The notes: a model not told the origin generated them from the sequence alone. A DNA stretch of 64,000 nt from Eledone cirrhosa (GCA_964016885.1 OZ024745.1:27652001-27716000); one strand, 5' to 3'; positions 40,226 through 58,703 are shown, numbered from the stretch's first letter. A program made the numbers and translations.

Positions 40226-41186
40226 GGATACTATCTATGGTTATGTATATACTAAAACTTTTTATAGTTATATATATTTTAAACCCTAAACAGTGAAGGT
40301 CAGTAATTTATTACTACCTTATTACCAGTCAGATAAATAGCTCAATGTAATAACTGTTTCTACTTTAGGCACAAGGCCAGCAAATTACCCAGTGCATTAC
40401 TGGTACTTTATTTTATCGACCACGTAAGGATGAAAGGCAAAGTCAACCTCGGCGGGATTTGAACTCAGATCGTAAAGGGACGTAACTATGCCGGAAAGCA
40501 TGGTGTCTGACCCTCTACCGATACTGTATCAGTTGTTCTACAGAGCAGTTATATAGAATTCACAAGAATCAAAGCTATGTTCAAAGCATTTATTTACTTA
40601 CAATTGTTTCATCCAAACCTAGGCTTGTAGTCTTCGGAGCATTTTTCAATGTTTGTACACATGATTGACCTCCTTTCCAACGCAAGAGACATACAGATAC
40701 ATATGTATATATTGATGTACAGTGGAGTGACATATATTATATTATATTTCTGTATAGCAATTCAAATTCAAAGTTAAAATCACATTAAAACAAAATCAAA
40801 GCAAAATTAAAATACAATCGGCAGTTAACATAGATAATGCAAGAGGATAGTTTGTTAGTCAAATGTAGTAGTTATTTTAGTTATTTTATGCGTTAGTTAC
40901 ACGTGGGGCATGCACGTGTGTCTCATTTATATATGATTATTGTGCGGCAGAGTGTTACATGTAATAGAAGCACTTAAAGCGGGTAAGTAAGAGTATTATG
41001 GAGGTTGTAGTGGTAAGGTATTTTTTGTATAAGATACAGAAGTATGCGTGCAGAAAAATAGTATAAAGGAGAAGCAAAAGAAAGTTATGGTTTTTGTATC
41101 CACAACCATTTTCACATTCAGGAAACGTAATATATAGTTTATACATCCTTCACATAATTAATGATGATTCCGTATTGAATTCTATA

Positions 41187-41190
<4 letters not shown>
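40219..41190 (-). mobile_element. PLE 3' UTR copy (family C) interrupted by an S1 SINE at 40353-40526
   Basis: Colinear with 41860-42560 apart from the SINE. Confidence 0.7.
40596..40640 (-). ncRNA. Hammerhead variant with CCGAAGA core
   Basis: gct-CCGAAGA-c-tacaagcc-ta-ggtttgga-t-GAAACAATTGTA-agt. Confidence 0.55.
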
Positions 41191-41237
<47 letters not shown>

Positions 41238-41747
41238 ATATATATATATCTGTGTGTGTGTGTTTGTGTGTGTGTTTGTGTGTGTGTGTGCGCACGTACA
41301 TATCTTGACTGTTAGTTTCTTTTACTAAATCAAAATTGATATCAATGTAAAAAATATATATTTTCAAAATATCTTTTCAGATATAGAAAATTGTTTTTTG
41401 GAAAGGATTGTGGTTGAGTATCAATAACAGCAAAAGGTAAGTCGTTTCGTGTTCAACTCTGAGTATTTTGAAAGATAAAAATGGGTGAGATACGTTTTCT
41501 ATTTTGTTGTTTAGCTCTGATTAAAGATTGATAAACAGATTGGGGATTAATTTGATATGATGTATCTTAAAATGTCATAACAACCAGAAATTCTGAATAT
41601 TAAAAAATGTATGATTAATTACCATGTGTTAAATATGATATATTTCATCTATGTTACATCTATATTACATCTATGTTTACATATTCAGGGCACATTCTTT
41701 CGCAATTATTAATTCACAATTATTAATTCACTCTCAGGTAAAGCTAT

Positions 41748-44797
<3,050 letters not shown>

Positions 44798-45067
44798 ATA
44801 TAAATATATATATATATATTACACAAGTATCAAAGTTATGTTTAAAACATTTAATCGCTGACATTTAATATATATATATATATAAGCATGTATACGTACA
44901 TACATATATGTATACAGATGTACAGTAGTATGTATATACATAATACATGCACACATATATATATGTACGTATGGGTTTATTGAACATTTATTATAATGCT
45001 CGGTTTGTTTGTAAACAAACAGTATTCGGCAACCATCGTTGCTCTTTTGTTCAACCCTGACAAAGGA

Positions 45068-45110
45068 ACGACGAACTAGTTTCTAGCTTATTAGCTGTCA
45101 TCAGCCCCGT
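45068..45110 (-). ncRNA. Minimal hammerhead-like motif
   Basis: acgggg-CTGATGA-c-agct-aata-agct-a-GAAACTAGTT-cgtcgt. Confidence 0.55.
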
Positions 45111-45204
45111 ATACCGTATAAGCCATACTAAGAGTGAGAAATGAAATTTCATTTTTTCCATTTATCGTTTTCGGTACAAAAAATTATATATATATATATA
45201 TATA

Positions 45205-45368
45205 ATTGTTTCTACTATTGGCACAAGGCCACTTTATTTTATCGACCCCGTAAGGATGGAAGGCAAAGTTAACCTCGGCGAGATTTGAACTCAGAATGGC
45301 AAGGCCCGTAACTCTATGCGTCAAAGCATGGCGTCCGACCCTCTACTGATGCTGCCAATTCAACGCCC
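45205..45368 (-). mobile_element. S1 SINE with internal deletion
   Basis: Matches the S1 consensus. Confidence 0.8.
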
Positions 45369-45682
45369 TATATAATGGTTGTTAACTCTCATTGGAACAC
45401 ACACACACAGACACAATAAACAAGGACACTCACAAAATGCCACTCACCTGCATGTACATATTTATCAGACCCGGACACCACGACACCCCTACAAACCCCA
45501 CCCTGACACACCTGACTACTTACATCTCATGTCTGCCATCCTCATCTATATTCTGATAACTTCACCACTTTTCTGTTACTTTCCCTTTCCTGATGAACTT
45601 GATATGTTCAGACATTCCTTTCTTTTTACAGTAAGCGTGAAAATTTGTAATCTAAAACTATATAGGTATATATGTGTATGTA

Positions 45683-45801
<119 letters not shown>

Positions 45802-45817
45802 ATGTATAAATATATAT

Positions 45818-45868
<51 letters not shown>

Positions 45869-46596
45869 ATCGTACCAATAAGGAAACATATTTCATTAAC
45901 AAATTCCAGCCTCTACTTAATGCACTAAAAATCGGACCAAACTAAAACTGCAACAAACAATCAAACATTTATAAGAGTTACCTCCCTCACACCCTACCTA
46001 ATCCTTTTTCTTAAATAAATTAAATATCATCCAGCAAGAATTGCTTCCCCCTGCATATTAACTCTCTAAAAAGGGAAATCATATCAAACCTCAGTCCACC
46101 ATTTGCCTCCATCATGGAATCATGGATCAACTAAGCACTCTTGCTATATTAACACATTTTGATCTGCTTAACTTCAAGAACTATGCCAGTAAATAACATT
46201 ATTTTTTCTTTCACATTGACTTTTTATGCTCTACATTACGGTCGTTTTTTTTCTTTTTTCTATTTTCTTTTTTCTTTTCACTTCATAAACCTTGTTTGTA
46301 AATAACATTATTCTTTCTGCACCTTCTCTTTAACATGTATGACACCACACTAATACATATCACTATCATTTGATAATGCATAAAAATGCTGAAACCGGCA
46401 ATAGACAATTATTAAATATATAAATAGATAAATAAATGCCATTGTTAAATAATAAATAAATCAACTAATACCTTAACACTTCACACAAAGTAAAACATTT
46501 CGTTTTAATCATTTTCTAACCCAGAAAAAAGAGAGAGAGAAATAAAAAAGAAAAAGAAATATATTTTTCTTCCTAATAATATATTTTTCTCCCTGT

Positions 46597-46639
<43 letters not shown>

Positions 46640-46778
46640 AAAGTTAAACAAGGTTCAATGAATACATCAAAGAATGAGTTTTACAATAGATTGGAAGCAC
46701 TCAACAGTAAAAAGGTTTTCCAGAGTTATTAATTTTAATTCAAAATATTAACAAAATAGATATTCTTGTGATCAAGTA

Positions 46779-46845
46779 TATTTTATTATACATATTTCAG
46801 AGGTACTGATTTAAGTTCAACAGTACGCCCTCATCAGATAAAATA
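46779..46845 (-). ncRNA. Type I hammerhead ribozyme
   Basis: tattttat-CTGATGA-gggcgtactg...cagtacctct-GAAATATGTATA-ataaaata. Confidence 0.7.
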
Positions 46846-48093
46846 AGATGATGCATGACATACGCTGACATAGTAGATGGTTAAGATTCAGTCATGGTAG
46901 TGATTAACATATGAAAAAACTCAATATTTATACCCTAATATTGAGAACATGAGGAAAATATATAATACAAACAATAGAGAGGGTGCGTGTAATACAGCTT
47001 AAAAAATACATGGCATCAATATAACAGTTAATAACATTTTTTTAAAAACTACTGAAGAAAGAGGAAAGAAAGGAAAGCATAGAGGAAGAAACAGCTGATG
47101 GGATAATATAGTTAGTAGGTGCCTCGAAAAAACAAATGAGAGATGATTAAAGAGAGAGAGAGACAAAACATTGATATAAAACATTAATTTTTTAACAATA
47201 TATTTTAACTATATATATTTTTTAACAATATTTTTAGTAACTTATTTACTATATTGTATTATCGTATTTTGTTATATTATATATATTTGAAAGGTAACAC
47301 CGTAAGTCTATAGACATTATAATGCTTATGCATTTTTGATTAACACATATATATAATTAAAAATTCAGACTTTAAATTTAGTTATAAAGCCGGTTGATCC
47401 TTTAGGCACTCAAACTGTTTAGTCATAAATTCTTTACTAATTGTAACTATAATTATTTTATATTATATAAACTGTTGTCAATATTATAAATAATTTTGGT
47501 AAAGATTACCTTCTGGAGGATATAAAAGCATTATATATTTTCTCTCTCGCGTTTCGTAAATCCTTTTGTTTTCATAAAATTTGAATTTTAGAAATTAAAC
47601 TTGATAGTATAATATAATATTAATACAAATACCTATTAACTTTTAAAACCTAAAATATTACTCATTACTCTGAAATAACTTAAATTAAATATTTTGAATA
47701 TTAACGGTCATCTAAATAAGTGTGGATATATATTGCATATATGGAAAATTGTCTATAAACTTGAACATAAATTACTCCCCTTTGCTCTCTCTCTCTCTAA
47801 TCATCTCTCATTTGTTTTTTCGAGGCACCTACTAACTATATTATCCCATCAGCTGTTTCTTCCTCTATACTTTCCTTTCTTTCCTCTTTCTTCAGTAGTT
47901 TTAAACAATTTTTTATTAACAGTTATATTGATGCCATATATTTTTTAAGCTGTATTACACGCACCCTCTCTATTGTTTGTATTATATATTTTTCTCATGT
48001 TCTGAATATTAGGGTATAAATATTGAGTTTTGCCATATGTTAATCACTTGAATCTTAACCATCTACTATGTCAGCGTATGTCATGCATCATCT

Positions 48094-48160
48094 TATTTTA
48101 TCTGATGAGGACGTACTGTTGAACTTAAATCGGTACCTCTGAAATATGTATTATAAAATA
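48094..48160 (+). ncRNA. Type I hammerhead ribozyme (inverted partner)
   Basis: tattttat-CTGATGA-ggacgtactg...cggtacctct-GAAATATGTATT-ataaaata. Confidence 0.7.
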
Positions 48161-48200
48161 TACTTGATCACAAGAAAATCTATTTTGTTAATATTTTGAA

Positions 48201-49327
<1,127 letters not shown>

Positions 49328-49381
49328 GTATATGTATAACTTTATGTGATATATATATATATATGCAATGTGTATGCGTGT

Positions 49382-49466
49382 ATACATAAGGTGTCTCCAA
49401 AATGTATACACATATTTCTTAGAATGCTGTTCAAGTGTGTATACATTTTTTGGGGACACCCTGTAT
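49382..49466. mobile_element. Tiny Tc1/mariner-type MITE
   Basis: Imperfect TIRs ggtgtctccaaaatgtatacaca / tgtgtatacattttttggggacaccctgta with TA flanks. Confidence 0.55.
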
Positions 49467-50102
49467 ATCAAGTCTGTTTTTGACATTGGTCCCGAAGCTT
49501 CTGCTAAAATGATAACTCTGCCTGCTACTGAATCATACCAGAAATCAATACTTGGAAATGCCGGATGCAAGGGAAATAATTCGGCTGTCATCGCAATTTA
49601 GGTGTTTAGATTTTTAAATGCTTGCTATACTTCTTTCCCTTTAATACGAAGATATGATTGAGAAATGGAATACTACGTGCGAAGGAAGAAAACAGATCTA
49701 GTCGGTGATAGATTTTACATCAGGGAATCTGTTAAATTGGGAAATCAAAAGAATTCTGTAGGATAAATATATTTGATGATTAGAAAACTAGAATTATATA
49801 CGCATATCCAATATCTTTCTCCTTCTGTCTCCAATTCTCCCTCTCTCTCTCTCTTTCTCTCCCCCTCTCTCCCCCTCTCTCTCTATTCCTCTAGGTGTGT
49901 ATAGTGTATATATGCACACATAGGAATATACATACACATATATATATATATAGGCACACACACACACACACATATATATATGTATGTATATATATACAGT
50001 AATAATAATAAATGTGAAGACTAAAATCCGAAGAGGGCTCGATGAGGTTAATATATATATAAAACATATAAAACGATTCTTTGCTTAAACTTTAATCTGT
50101 TA

Positions 50103-50146
<44 letters not shown>

Positions 50147-50181
50147 CAATGAAATTAAACAAAAAACAGTTAATTCATAGT

Positions 50182-50330
50182 AAAACTCATTATTTTACGA
50201 TCGTTTCTGGGGGGTAGTTCCCCGTATGTCCATTCTATTATTGATCTATGTAAAATATATTACAAAATATCATAGTAAGAAAATATACATACGTCTTCAC
50301 TACTCGCCGTCTTCAGAAATAATGAGTTTT
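50182..50330 (-). ncRNA. Hammerhead ribozyme with giant stem II (inverted copy)
   Basis: Reverse complement of 53644-53792 with about 2 substitutions. Confidence 0.72.
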
Positions 50331-52885
50331 GTTTATTGAAGAATACAAAAACACATACATATGAATAAGTAACGTTTTATAACCAGGTTGAGGTTGACCA
50401 ATATTAAGAATAGCAAGGGGCAGTATAGATCCTTAAGTTGGTAGTAGTAGATGAATAAATAAGCCGTCAGGGGATGAGGTATCAAATGACTTTTAAGAAA
50501 AGAAAAGTTGCTAGTGTAAATGAATTTAGACATATTGTATATACAAAGGTGGTCTATATCGCGATGACTGTCTTCTTCTATCTAACTATCTTAGTCTCTC
50601 AGCAATTGAGAGAAATAAAAAGCATATTAGGAAATTCCTCAAAAATTACTATAATCTTACGGTTACTTTTGAAAATAGCACTAAAATGGTCAATTTCCTC
50701 GACATCACTTTAGACCTATCAACAGGCACTTACCAACCCTACCACAAACCAAACCAAAACCTTCATTATATACACTCACTATCGAACCACCATAGTTCTA
50801 TACTAACAAATCTAGTGTACAATATCACTCCGATTATCTAAATTATCATCTAATCAAGAAATATTCTATAAAAATGCACCGCATTATAATGAGGCTTTAA
50901 CTAGAAGTGGCTACAAGGATAAAATATTTTACATACCTAACACCATGAATACCCATAACATACAGCAGAGCATAAGCAACAAACACTGTAGAAAACACCA
51001 AAAAGTTAGTGCCAGCAATGAAACACCGAAAAACCTAGATCCTACCATTACTCCCAATATCCACATTAACACGAATGACACAAATTCTCTAAAAATCATC
51101 AATCCTAACGATTCCGAATATTTCTTACCTAATAATATAACTTACCTAATAATATAACTTATCTAATAATATTACTATTAACCATACGAAAACACCTAAC
51201 TCCACTACTCTTAAAAAAGTAGTTAATAACTTCTTATATCTTAATTCTCACAATAAACCTAATGATATATTACCTATTTCATTGAACCTTCAACCTAACC
51301 AAACTACACCCTTGCAATCCAAAAAACCAGAGAAACATATCCGAACTACCGTATATAACAAGAATGATACCAAAATTCCAGGTCCTATCAATAATGCTCC
51401 ATTAATAAAACTTACAATATCCTCTATAAATCAAACAAAAATCAATAAATCAAAAACTAATACAATTCAAAAATCTACTAAACAATTAGTTCACACCCAT
51501 AATAACAATCACAATATTAAAATTTCATCTGATAACAATATCTACCCTCAAATTTATATACATACCCAATATAATAAGAGGAAACCTTTTAGAAACCATA
51601 AAAGAAACGTAACATGGTATAACGCTCCATTCAACTTGCAAACTATGGGCCAAATCCCTAAAAAATATTTTACATTTCTCGATAAGCATTTCCCACCTAA
51701 CCACAAATACCATCAAATCTTAAATAGAAATACAGTAAAATGTTCTTACTCCACATCATACAACAAAAAGTAAGTGCATATAACATCTATAAATGTAAAA
51801 AAGCTCCATGTATACTACACACAATAACACACCACACACAGGATAACTATGGTAATACTACAACGCATAACCGGAATATTACTACATACCCACCTGCTAC
51901 ATCCGCTCACTCACCTCACCAGCACAATACAACAGCTTACAACCAACTACCATCTTCCTCATCCTTAATAGGGACTAAGAATTACATACCCAATCTAACC
52001 AATAGCTTCCAAAACAACCATGATTCTATAAACGCTATATCCAGTATAATTTTTTTTACCAACTAACAACCCTTCGGGCCGCGACCACCCAACCGTAAAT
52101 CCTTTTCTCCCAAATAAAAAGGTAAACACAAATACTAGCACTATTATTGAGAATATGGATAGCACATCTGAAACCCTATATGCAAACGGTTGTAATTGTA
52201 GAATAAAAGATAATTGCCCCTTAAATGGAAATTGCTTGATTAATAATATAGTATATAAATGTGTAATCACCACTAAGGACTCTAATCAATCCTATATTGG
52301 ATCCACTTCTAATCCGTTTAAATTGAGATTTTATGCACACATCCACAGTTTCCGAAACACAAAATTAGCTAATACCACTTCTTTAGCACAAGCAGTTAAT
52401 AATTGTAAAAAGGGGAATATTAAATATAACCTAACTTGGAAGATTCTTAAGGGAGCCATTTCTTATCAGGGCAATAGAAAGGAGTGTGGACTGTGTTCCC
52501 AATAAATTTTTGAAATTACTAAATCGAAGGACACTCTATTAAATAAAAGACAAGATTTAATTATAGTATGTAACCATAAAATTAGAAGGACATTCAAATA
52601 TTATAAATACAACTAAACAAATATAGAAAATGATATAGGAGAAAAATGTGTGAATATATATGTGTGTGTGTGTGTGAATATGTATATGTGTGTGTGTATA
52701 TGTATGTGTATGCATAAGTGTATGCCTATGTATATACATGTGTGTGTGTGTACATGTATATATCTGTGTGTGTATATAGTATGTGTATGTGTGTGTGCGT
52801 GTATATATATGTGTATGTATGTGTGTGTATGTACGTGTGTGTATATATATATGTGTATATATATGCGTATGTATATCTCTCTCTT

Positions 52886-52939
<54 letters not shown>

Positions 52940-53643
52940 TTCTGCTATTAGAATTAATCCATGGATTAAATCCTATATCTCATCCCTATAACTGTTTTAA
53001 GTAATTAACTATAATTTAGCACTATATATTACATTATTTTCAATAATCTAACAACATTTTTTAACTGATATCCATTTAAACCTCCTTTAAAAAACAACAA
53101 CAGATTATTAATGTAGATTCTTATTCGAAAATATAATTCCCTACAAGGAAACTTCATTCTAACCACTCTAACACAATACAATACTTACACAAACTTTAGT
53201 ATTTTCTTACCTATATAATATTTTATCTATATTTTATCTAAATTTTACTTCAATTTCGTTCCATTTATATTCCTCCAGTTATTATTATATATTTCTAGAA
53301 CAAATTATTCCTCACAACAAAGAAATAACAAACATTTAAAGATTGTTCTATACCATTCTACTTGATGTAACACACTAATCTCAGTACCCTTTTTCCTCCA
53401 ACCGTAATCTTCTTTGACCATCAACACTTTTATATACAATATGTCTAAATTCATTTACACTAGCAAATTTTCTTTTCTTAAAAGTCATTTGATACCTCAT
53501 CCCCTGACGGCTTATTTATTCATCTACTACTACCAACTTAAGGATCTATACTGCCCCTTGCTATTCTTAATATTGGTCAACCTCAACCTGGTTATAAAAC
53601 GTTACTTATTCATATGTATGTGTTTTTGTATTCTTCAATAAAC

Positions 53644-53792
53644 AAAACTCATTATTTCTGAAGACGGCGGGTAGTGAAGACGTATGTATATTTTCTTACT
53701 ATGATATTTTGTAATGTATTTTACATAGATCAATAATAGAATGGACATACGGGGAACTACCCCCCAGAAACGATCGTAAAATAATGAGTTTT
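53644..53792 (+). ncRNA. Type I hammerhead ribozyme with ~100-nt stem II
   Basis: 14-bp stem I aaaactcattattt/aaataatgagtttt; CTGAAGA; stem II gggtagt/actaccc and cgtatgt/acatacg; GAAACGATCGTA. Confidence 0.75.
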
Positions 53793-53986
53793 ACTATGAA
53801 TTAACTGTTTTTTTTGTTTAATTTCATTGTTTTAATATTTCTACTTTTGACTCTGTATCCAATGAATTATATCGTTGAAAAATTTGTATTTTAAACTTTG
53901 CTTCACGACATCTACATACGGATTACATTGAGTTCTCCATATGGTTTAGACCCTACCATTGATTGGTAGATTTATCTGTGTATATA

Positions 53987-54032
<46 letters not shown>

Positions 54033-54094
54033 ATAATAATAATATTTATACTTATATATAAGTTATATATAATTATAAAAATGAAAGAGTAGTA

Positions 54095-54330
54095 TTAAGC
54101 ACTAGCCAATTACCAGTAAGAGAAAAGGCTCAATGTAAATTATCAGATGTATTGCAGAGCCGAGATACAAAATATAAAACAATCACATTTTAGTTTAATA
54201 CATTTAATAGCTGACAATTGTTTCTTCAGGACAAATGTCTGGAAAATTCGGAGCATACTCAATGTTTAAACAAGTAATTATAATCCTAGTCCTCAGAACA
54301 TTGATAAGGATACATAACTATTGACAGTGT
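54095..54330 (-). mobile_element. Diverged family C PLE 3' end
   Basis: ttaccagtaagagaaa...ctcaatgtaa...gctgacaattgtttc...cggagcat shared with 41945-42090. Confidence 0.6.
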
Positions 54331-56034
54331 CAGTGACATCATATTGACAAGTAGGAATGACAAAAAAATGTTATATTATACAGATATCAAAATATAAGGA
54401 GCAATGGTGAAGAGTGAAAATATTGAGCATATTATATATAAAGATATTCTTTAAGGTAATACAGGTGCAAAAGATACCGAGCAAAAAGGTGTTACAGAAG
54501 ATAGATAAAAGATATTATATAAAATATATCAATTTCGAAGCAGAGTTTCTACATTTGGAAACTCTGCTTCGAAAGATTGAGACGTATCTGAGAAACAAAT
54601 GTACTTTCTGCATATAACCGTTTCTATGATTCGTGGTTATTACTTTATCTCAGTATAGTGTATAAACTATTAGCTATTAGTTTGATTTAATACACGACCA
54701 CCATGTCATCGGTTTAATATCATTTTCTTAATTATAAAAGGGATAATTTTAAGATTGGTACCAGGGACATGTTGTTATGTACAAGTTCTCCACCCCCATC
54801 TCATGTGTTCTTTATCTAGTCTTATTTATTCTCCCTATTGAACCTAAATAACCTTCCTCTAGATTTCCGATCCCCATCAATTTTCGCATCATTTATTTTT
54901 CTTATTCGATAGCTCATTTAAGCATCGATTTTTCATTTCCGAGTTTGTCTTCAACTGATATTCGATGTCGCCAGCAGCTGACAGAAAAGTTTAACTGGTC
55001 CCCTTTTCTTTACCTGGCTGGCTATTTAAGATAACAACAAAAACTGAATTCTCTCTCGTCTAGTCAACACACACCGAAACTCCATTTACAATGCACAGGT
55101 CAACTGATACCACTCGCTAATTGTACAATATCTTTGTTTTAGTGTAGTTTATACTGCTGTCTGTATATTTCATTCAATCTTCTTTTAGTGGCAAGGCAGG
55201 AAAAGTGGACTTTGGGGGAATTATAACGTATATTTATGTGGCAGAGAATCACGTATATAGCTCAGTACAGTGAAAGTGTTCGTTGTTTCGTCAATCTCTT
55301 AGGAATTCGATAGCTGTTTTTACATAAACCTCGAATTTTAAATTTTAAGAGATAATGTAGTGTTAAATTATAATGTTACTGCGTTTTAATGTCGCTCATG
55401 TAATATAAATGATTTTTAACATCAAGCAGAAAGCGAAAACAGATTCTGGATTTGGTCCACAAGCAGTTGGCGTCTACTCTGTGGCGTCCACGCTTTACTA
55501 TAATTTAAATGCTCTATAGCAATAAGATGTGTGGTGGACACATGATTACAAGATCGATAAATATAAACAGTTGAGCATTACTTTTGTCATTTCCTATGTG
55601 ATTTTTTTTATATGTTAAGAATGTTATAGATCATCCACACTATAATGAAGTCGTTATTGATGAACAGCGAAGATTTCATCGAGGACGTGACTTTACTACA
55701 TAACTATAAACATTGTTTGTGAATAAAGGCATATATTCTAGAAAAAGAAATGAAACTATTTATACTGGCGAGATCTGTTGTTTAATCGGATACTTCTCAA
55801 TAACATTAATATTGTTCTGTCTGCGGAGTCAGTTGACAGTATTATTTTTCTTTTCACCAAACTTTTAAAGGTCATATATAAATGATCAATTCTTTCTTTG
55901 TGGTAAGGTATATATGTATTTATTTTGATATCTATTCTCTACAACATCAAACATCTCTTTCGTGTGAGATGTATTTCACCTTATTTATTTTTTCCTACTT
56001 ATTTTAATCGGTATGGCGTGGTATATATAAATAA

Positions 56035-56124
<90 letters not shown>

Positions 56125-56165
56125 ATATATATTTAAAAAAATAGAGGTGTAACACACGAGTTGTG

Positions 56166-56490
56166 ATATATTAGTAAAAGGAAAAGAAAATGCTGACAAA
56201 TTTTTCCCAGTGAAAAATAGTTTAATTAGGAATAAGTAAAAATTAGTAATAAGTATTGGTTAGTATTCAGTTTTAGTTTTAAGTTTTTACCTAATCAGAT
56301 TAGAGCAAACATCACGGGCGCTCTATCTCAAAATTATTTTTGAAAAGCATTAGAAATGCGCAAGCGGTAAAAACTTAAAACTAAAACTGAATACTAACCA
56401 ATACTTATTACTAATTTTTACTTATTCCTAATTAAACTATTTTTCACTGGGAAAAAATTGTCAGCATTTTCTTTTCCCTTTACTAATATA
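56166..56490. repeat. Inverted repeat, ~125-bp arms with ~75-bp spacer
   Basis: atatattagtaaaagg...aagtttttacc / ggtaaaaactt...cttttactaatatat. Confidence 0.92.
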
Positions 56491-56505
56491 TATATATATA
56501 TATAT

Positions 56506-56805
<300 letters not shown>

Positions 56806-56860
56806 GTGAGGTTTTTTTTACAAAATGAAAAATAACCGAGGTGTCCTACACAAGAGAAAG

Positions 56861-57162
56861 TATAAAGAAAAAAAGATGAAATCGAAAATGCAACTGGAGT
56901 CTTATTTTTTTTTAAAATATATATATTTATTTGGTTCCTTTACCGGTTTCGCAGTTCTTCTGCTTTTCAAAAGTAGAGTTGAGATGGAGGGTCTGTGGTT
57001 TTTCTCACATCATGTGAGAAAAACCACAGACCCTCCATCTCAACTCTACTTTTGAAAAGCAGAAGAACTGCGAAACCGGTAAAGGAACCAAATAAATATA
57101 TATATATTTTTTTTAAAATAAGACTCCAGTTGCATTTTCGATTTCATCTTTTTTTCTTTATA
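56861..57162. repeat. Near-perfect palindrome with ~150-bp arms (family A)
   Basis: Centre tctcacat-c-atgtgaga at 57011; each arm has gcGAAACCGGTAaagg pointing outward. Confidence 0.95.
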
Positions 57163-57210
57163 TATATATATATATATATACTGATTGTGTTGTTATTTCT
57201 GTTTACCTTT

Positions 57211-57253
<43 letters not shown>

Positions 57254-57406
57254 ATTTTGAGTATATGTTGGTTGTTTACCGACACATCAGTATGCAGTTG
57301 GAGCACTCGACGAAGTACGCAGGTTGGTTTGTTTACTCCGGAGTAATGTAAAATAATTAAGTCAAATAGGTAAAATTTGGCTTCGTTTATTATAAATTAT
57401 AGATTT

Positions 57407-57461
57407 ACTGCTATATATATTTCGGTGACAGCCATCATTGGCTGTGACCTCTTCAGGCAGT
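57407..57461 (-). ncRNA. Type I hammerhead ribozyme, canonical core (family B)
   Basis: actgc-CTGAAGA-ggtcacagcc-aatgat-ggctgtcacc-GAAATATATATA-gcagt. Confidence 0.8.
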
Positions 57462-58703
57462 CCGAATTGGTGTGGAAAAGACAGGTACACATGTTGTTGA
57501 AGTGTGTTTTACTCCGTCAATACATCGATATGTCCATATCCTAGTTGTGTTGTTATTTCTCTGAGAAACTGGAAGCCATGTTGGTCTTGTGGGTGATATT
57601 TGGTATACATATTTTATTTCATACATATTTTTGTAGGATGTATGTAGAAACAGAAGAAGAAAGTTAGAAATCATTTTGGAATTACTCAATCCATGCGTCT
57701 TCCTGCGGTAAAGCCACAGCCGCCCGTTGAAATTTATATTAAGATGTTTTGGAAATTATATTGTTTTGCCTTTTCTGTTGGTATCAGCTATTTTTGCGTG
57801 TTTGTGTATCTCCTAAAGATGATTTTCGTATATGCACACCCACAAGGTATTCTCGTCCCGACGTGACGAGATCTGTATGTTTAATTTTAACTATTTAATT
57901 ATTTCATAATTATGTTTTAATTTATAACTGTTAAGAAGTTTATTCATACCTTACAAATTTCATTTTAATTTCCCACATAATGTTATGAGTTTCACATATT
58001 TTCATTTTCTTTCCAAATATATCTTAAGTCTCTGTAATGAATTAGATTTGGAAAAGTATTCAATTTTTTTGCTGCTCCAAGGAAGGATATTATTTTATAT
58101 TAATCAGAAAGACGGGCGATTTCCAAAGTCTTTCGAGAATGGTTAGGAAACCTAATCGAAATGTTTGTCTCCCAGCGGACTCTGCTAAAGATACTCAAGT
58201 ACAAGATGGTGATGATATCACAATTCTCATTGTCTTAAAAAAAAAAACGTTTGTGATTATGGAGATCAGATGATGTGAGTGGAATTCGTGCAAATAATAT
58301 TTCATTTCACTTAATGAAGATCTGTATTTGCTGATAAGCTATGGTCAATAACAGATTTCTAGTGAACGAGATAGAAAGACTAGAAAACACGATGAATATT
58401 TATAGTAAAAGTAAAGATGAAGCATTGAGTTATTTATCGTATGATGGTAAAGTATCGATTGTTGAGAAGGGCAATGACCATTGTATTTGCGGCTAAAGAG
58501 ATGAATAGAAGAAGGTAGAGCTTAGAAAAGAATTGTTGGTAAAGCGACGACGTTATATAACTTGATTAACAGATGGGACTTTCTCTTGGATATTGACAAG
58601 AATGATTGGATACGAATAAAACTGAGTTTCTATGTGTGTCGTTTGTATGTGTGACGGTGTGTGCGTGTTTGTGCGTGCATTTGTCTTTGTGTGTGTGACT
58701 TTG

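Larger units (their letters stand above)
46735..48204. repeat. ~420-bp inverted repeat (46735-47162 / 47785-48204), non-coding PLE-type 3' ends
   Basis: Arms are near-identical reverse complements and each contains a hammerhead. Confidence 0.9.
50141..53837 (+). mobile_element. 5'-truncated Naiad-type PLE with a ~400-bp inverted 3' segment at its 5' end
   Basis: Begins at GGLYRDD (50548); VNFLDITLDL, RNVTWYNAPFN, NRNTVKCSYS, CNCRIKDNCPLNGNC, YIGST...FKLRFYAH, LTWKIL, CGLC; 50141-50543 is the inverse of 53431-53837. Confidence 0.92.

Noticed and set aside
46363-46404. ttgataa-tgcat-aaaa-atgc-t-gaaaccggc hammerhead-like relic
   Set aside because: Two core substitutions and no UH triplet; at best a dead copy.
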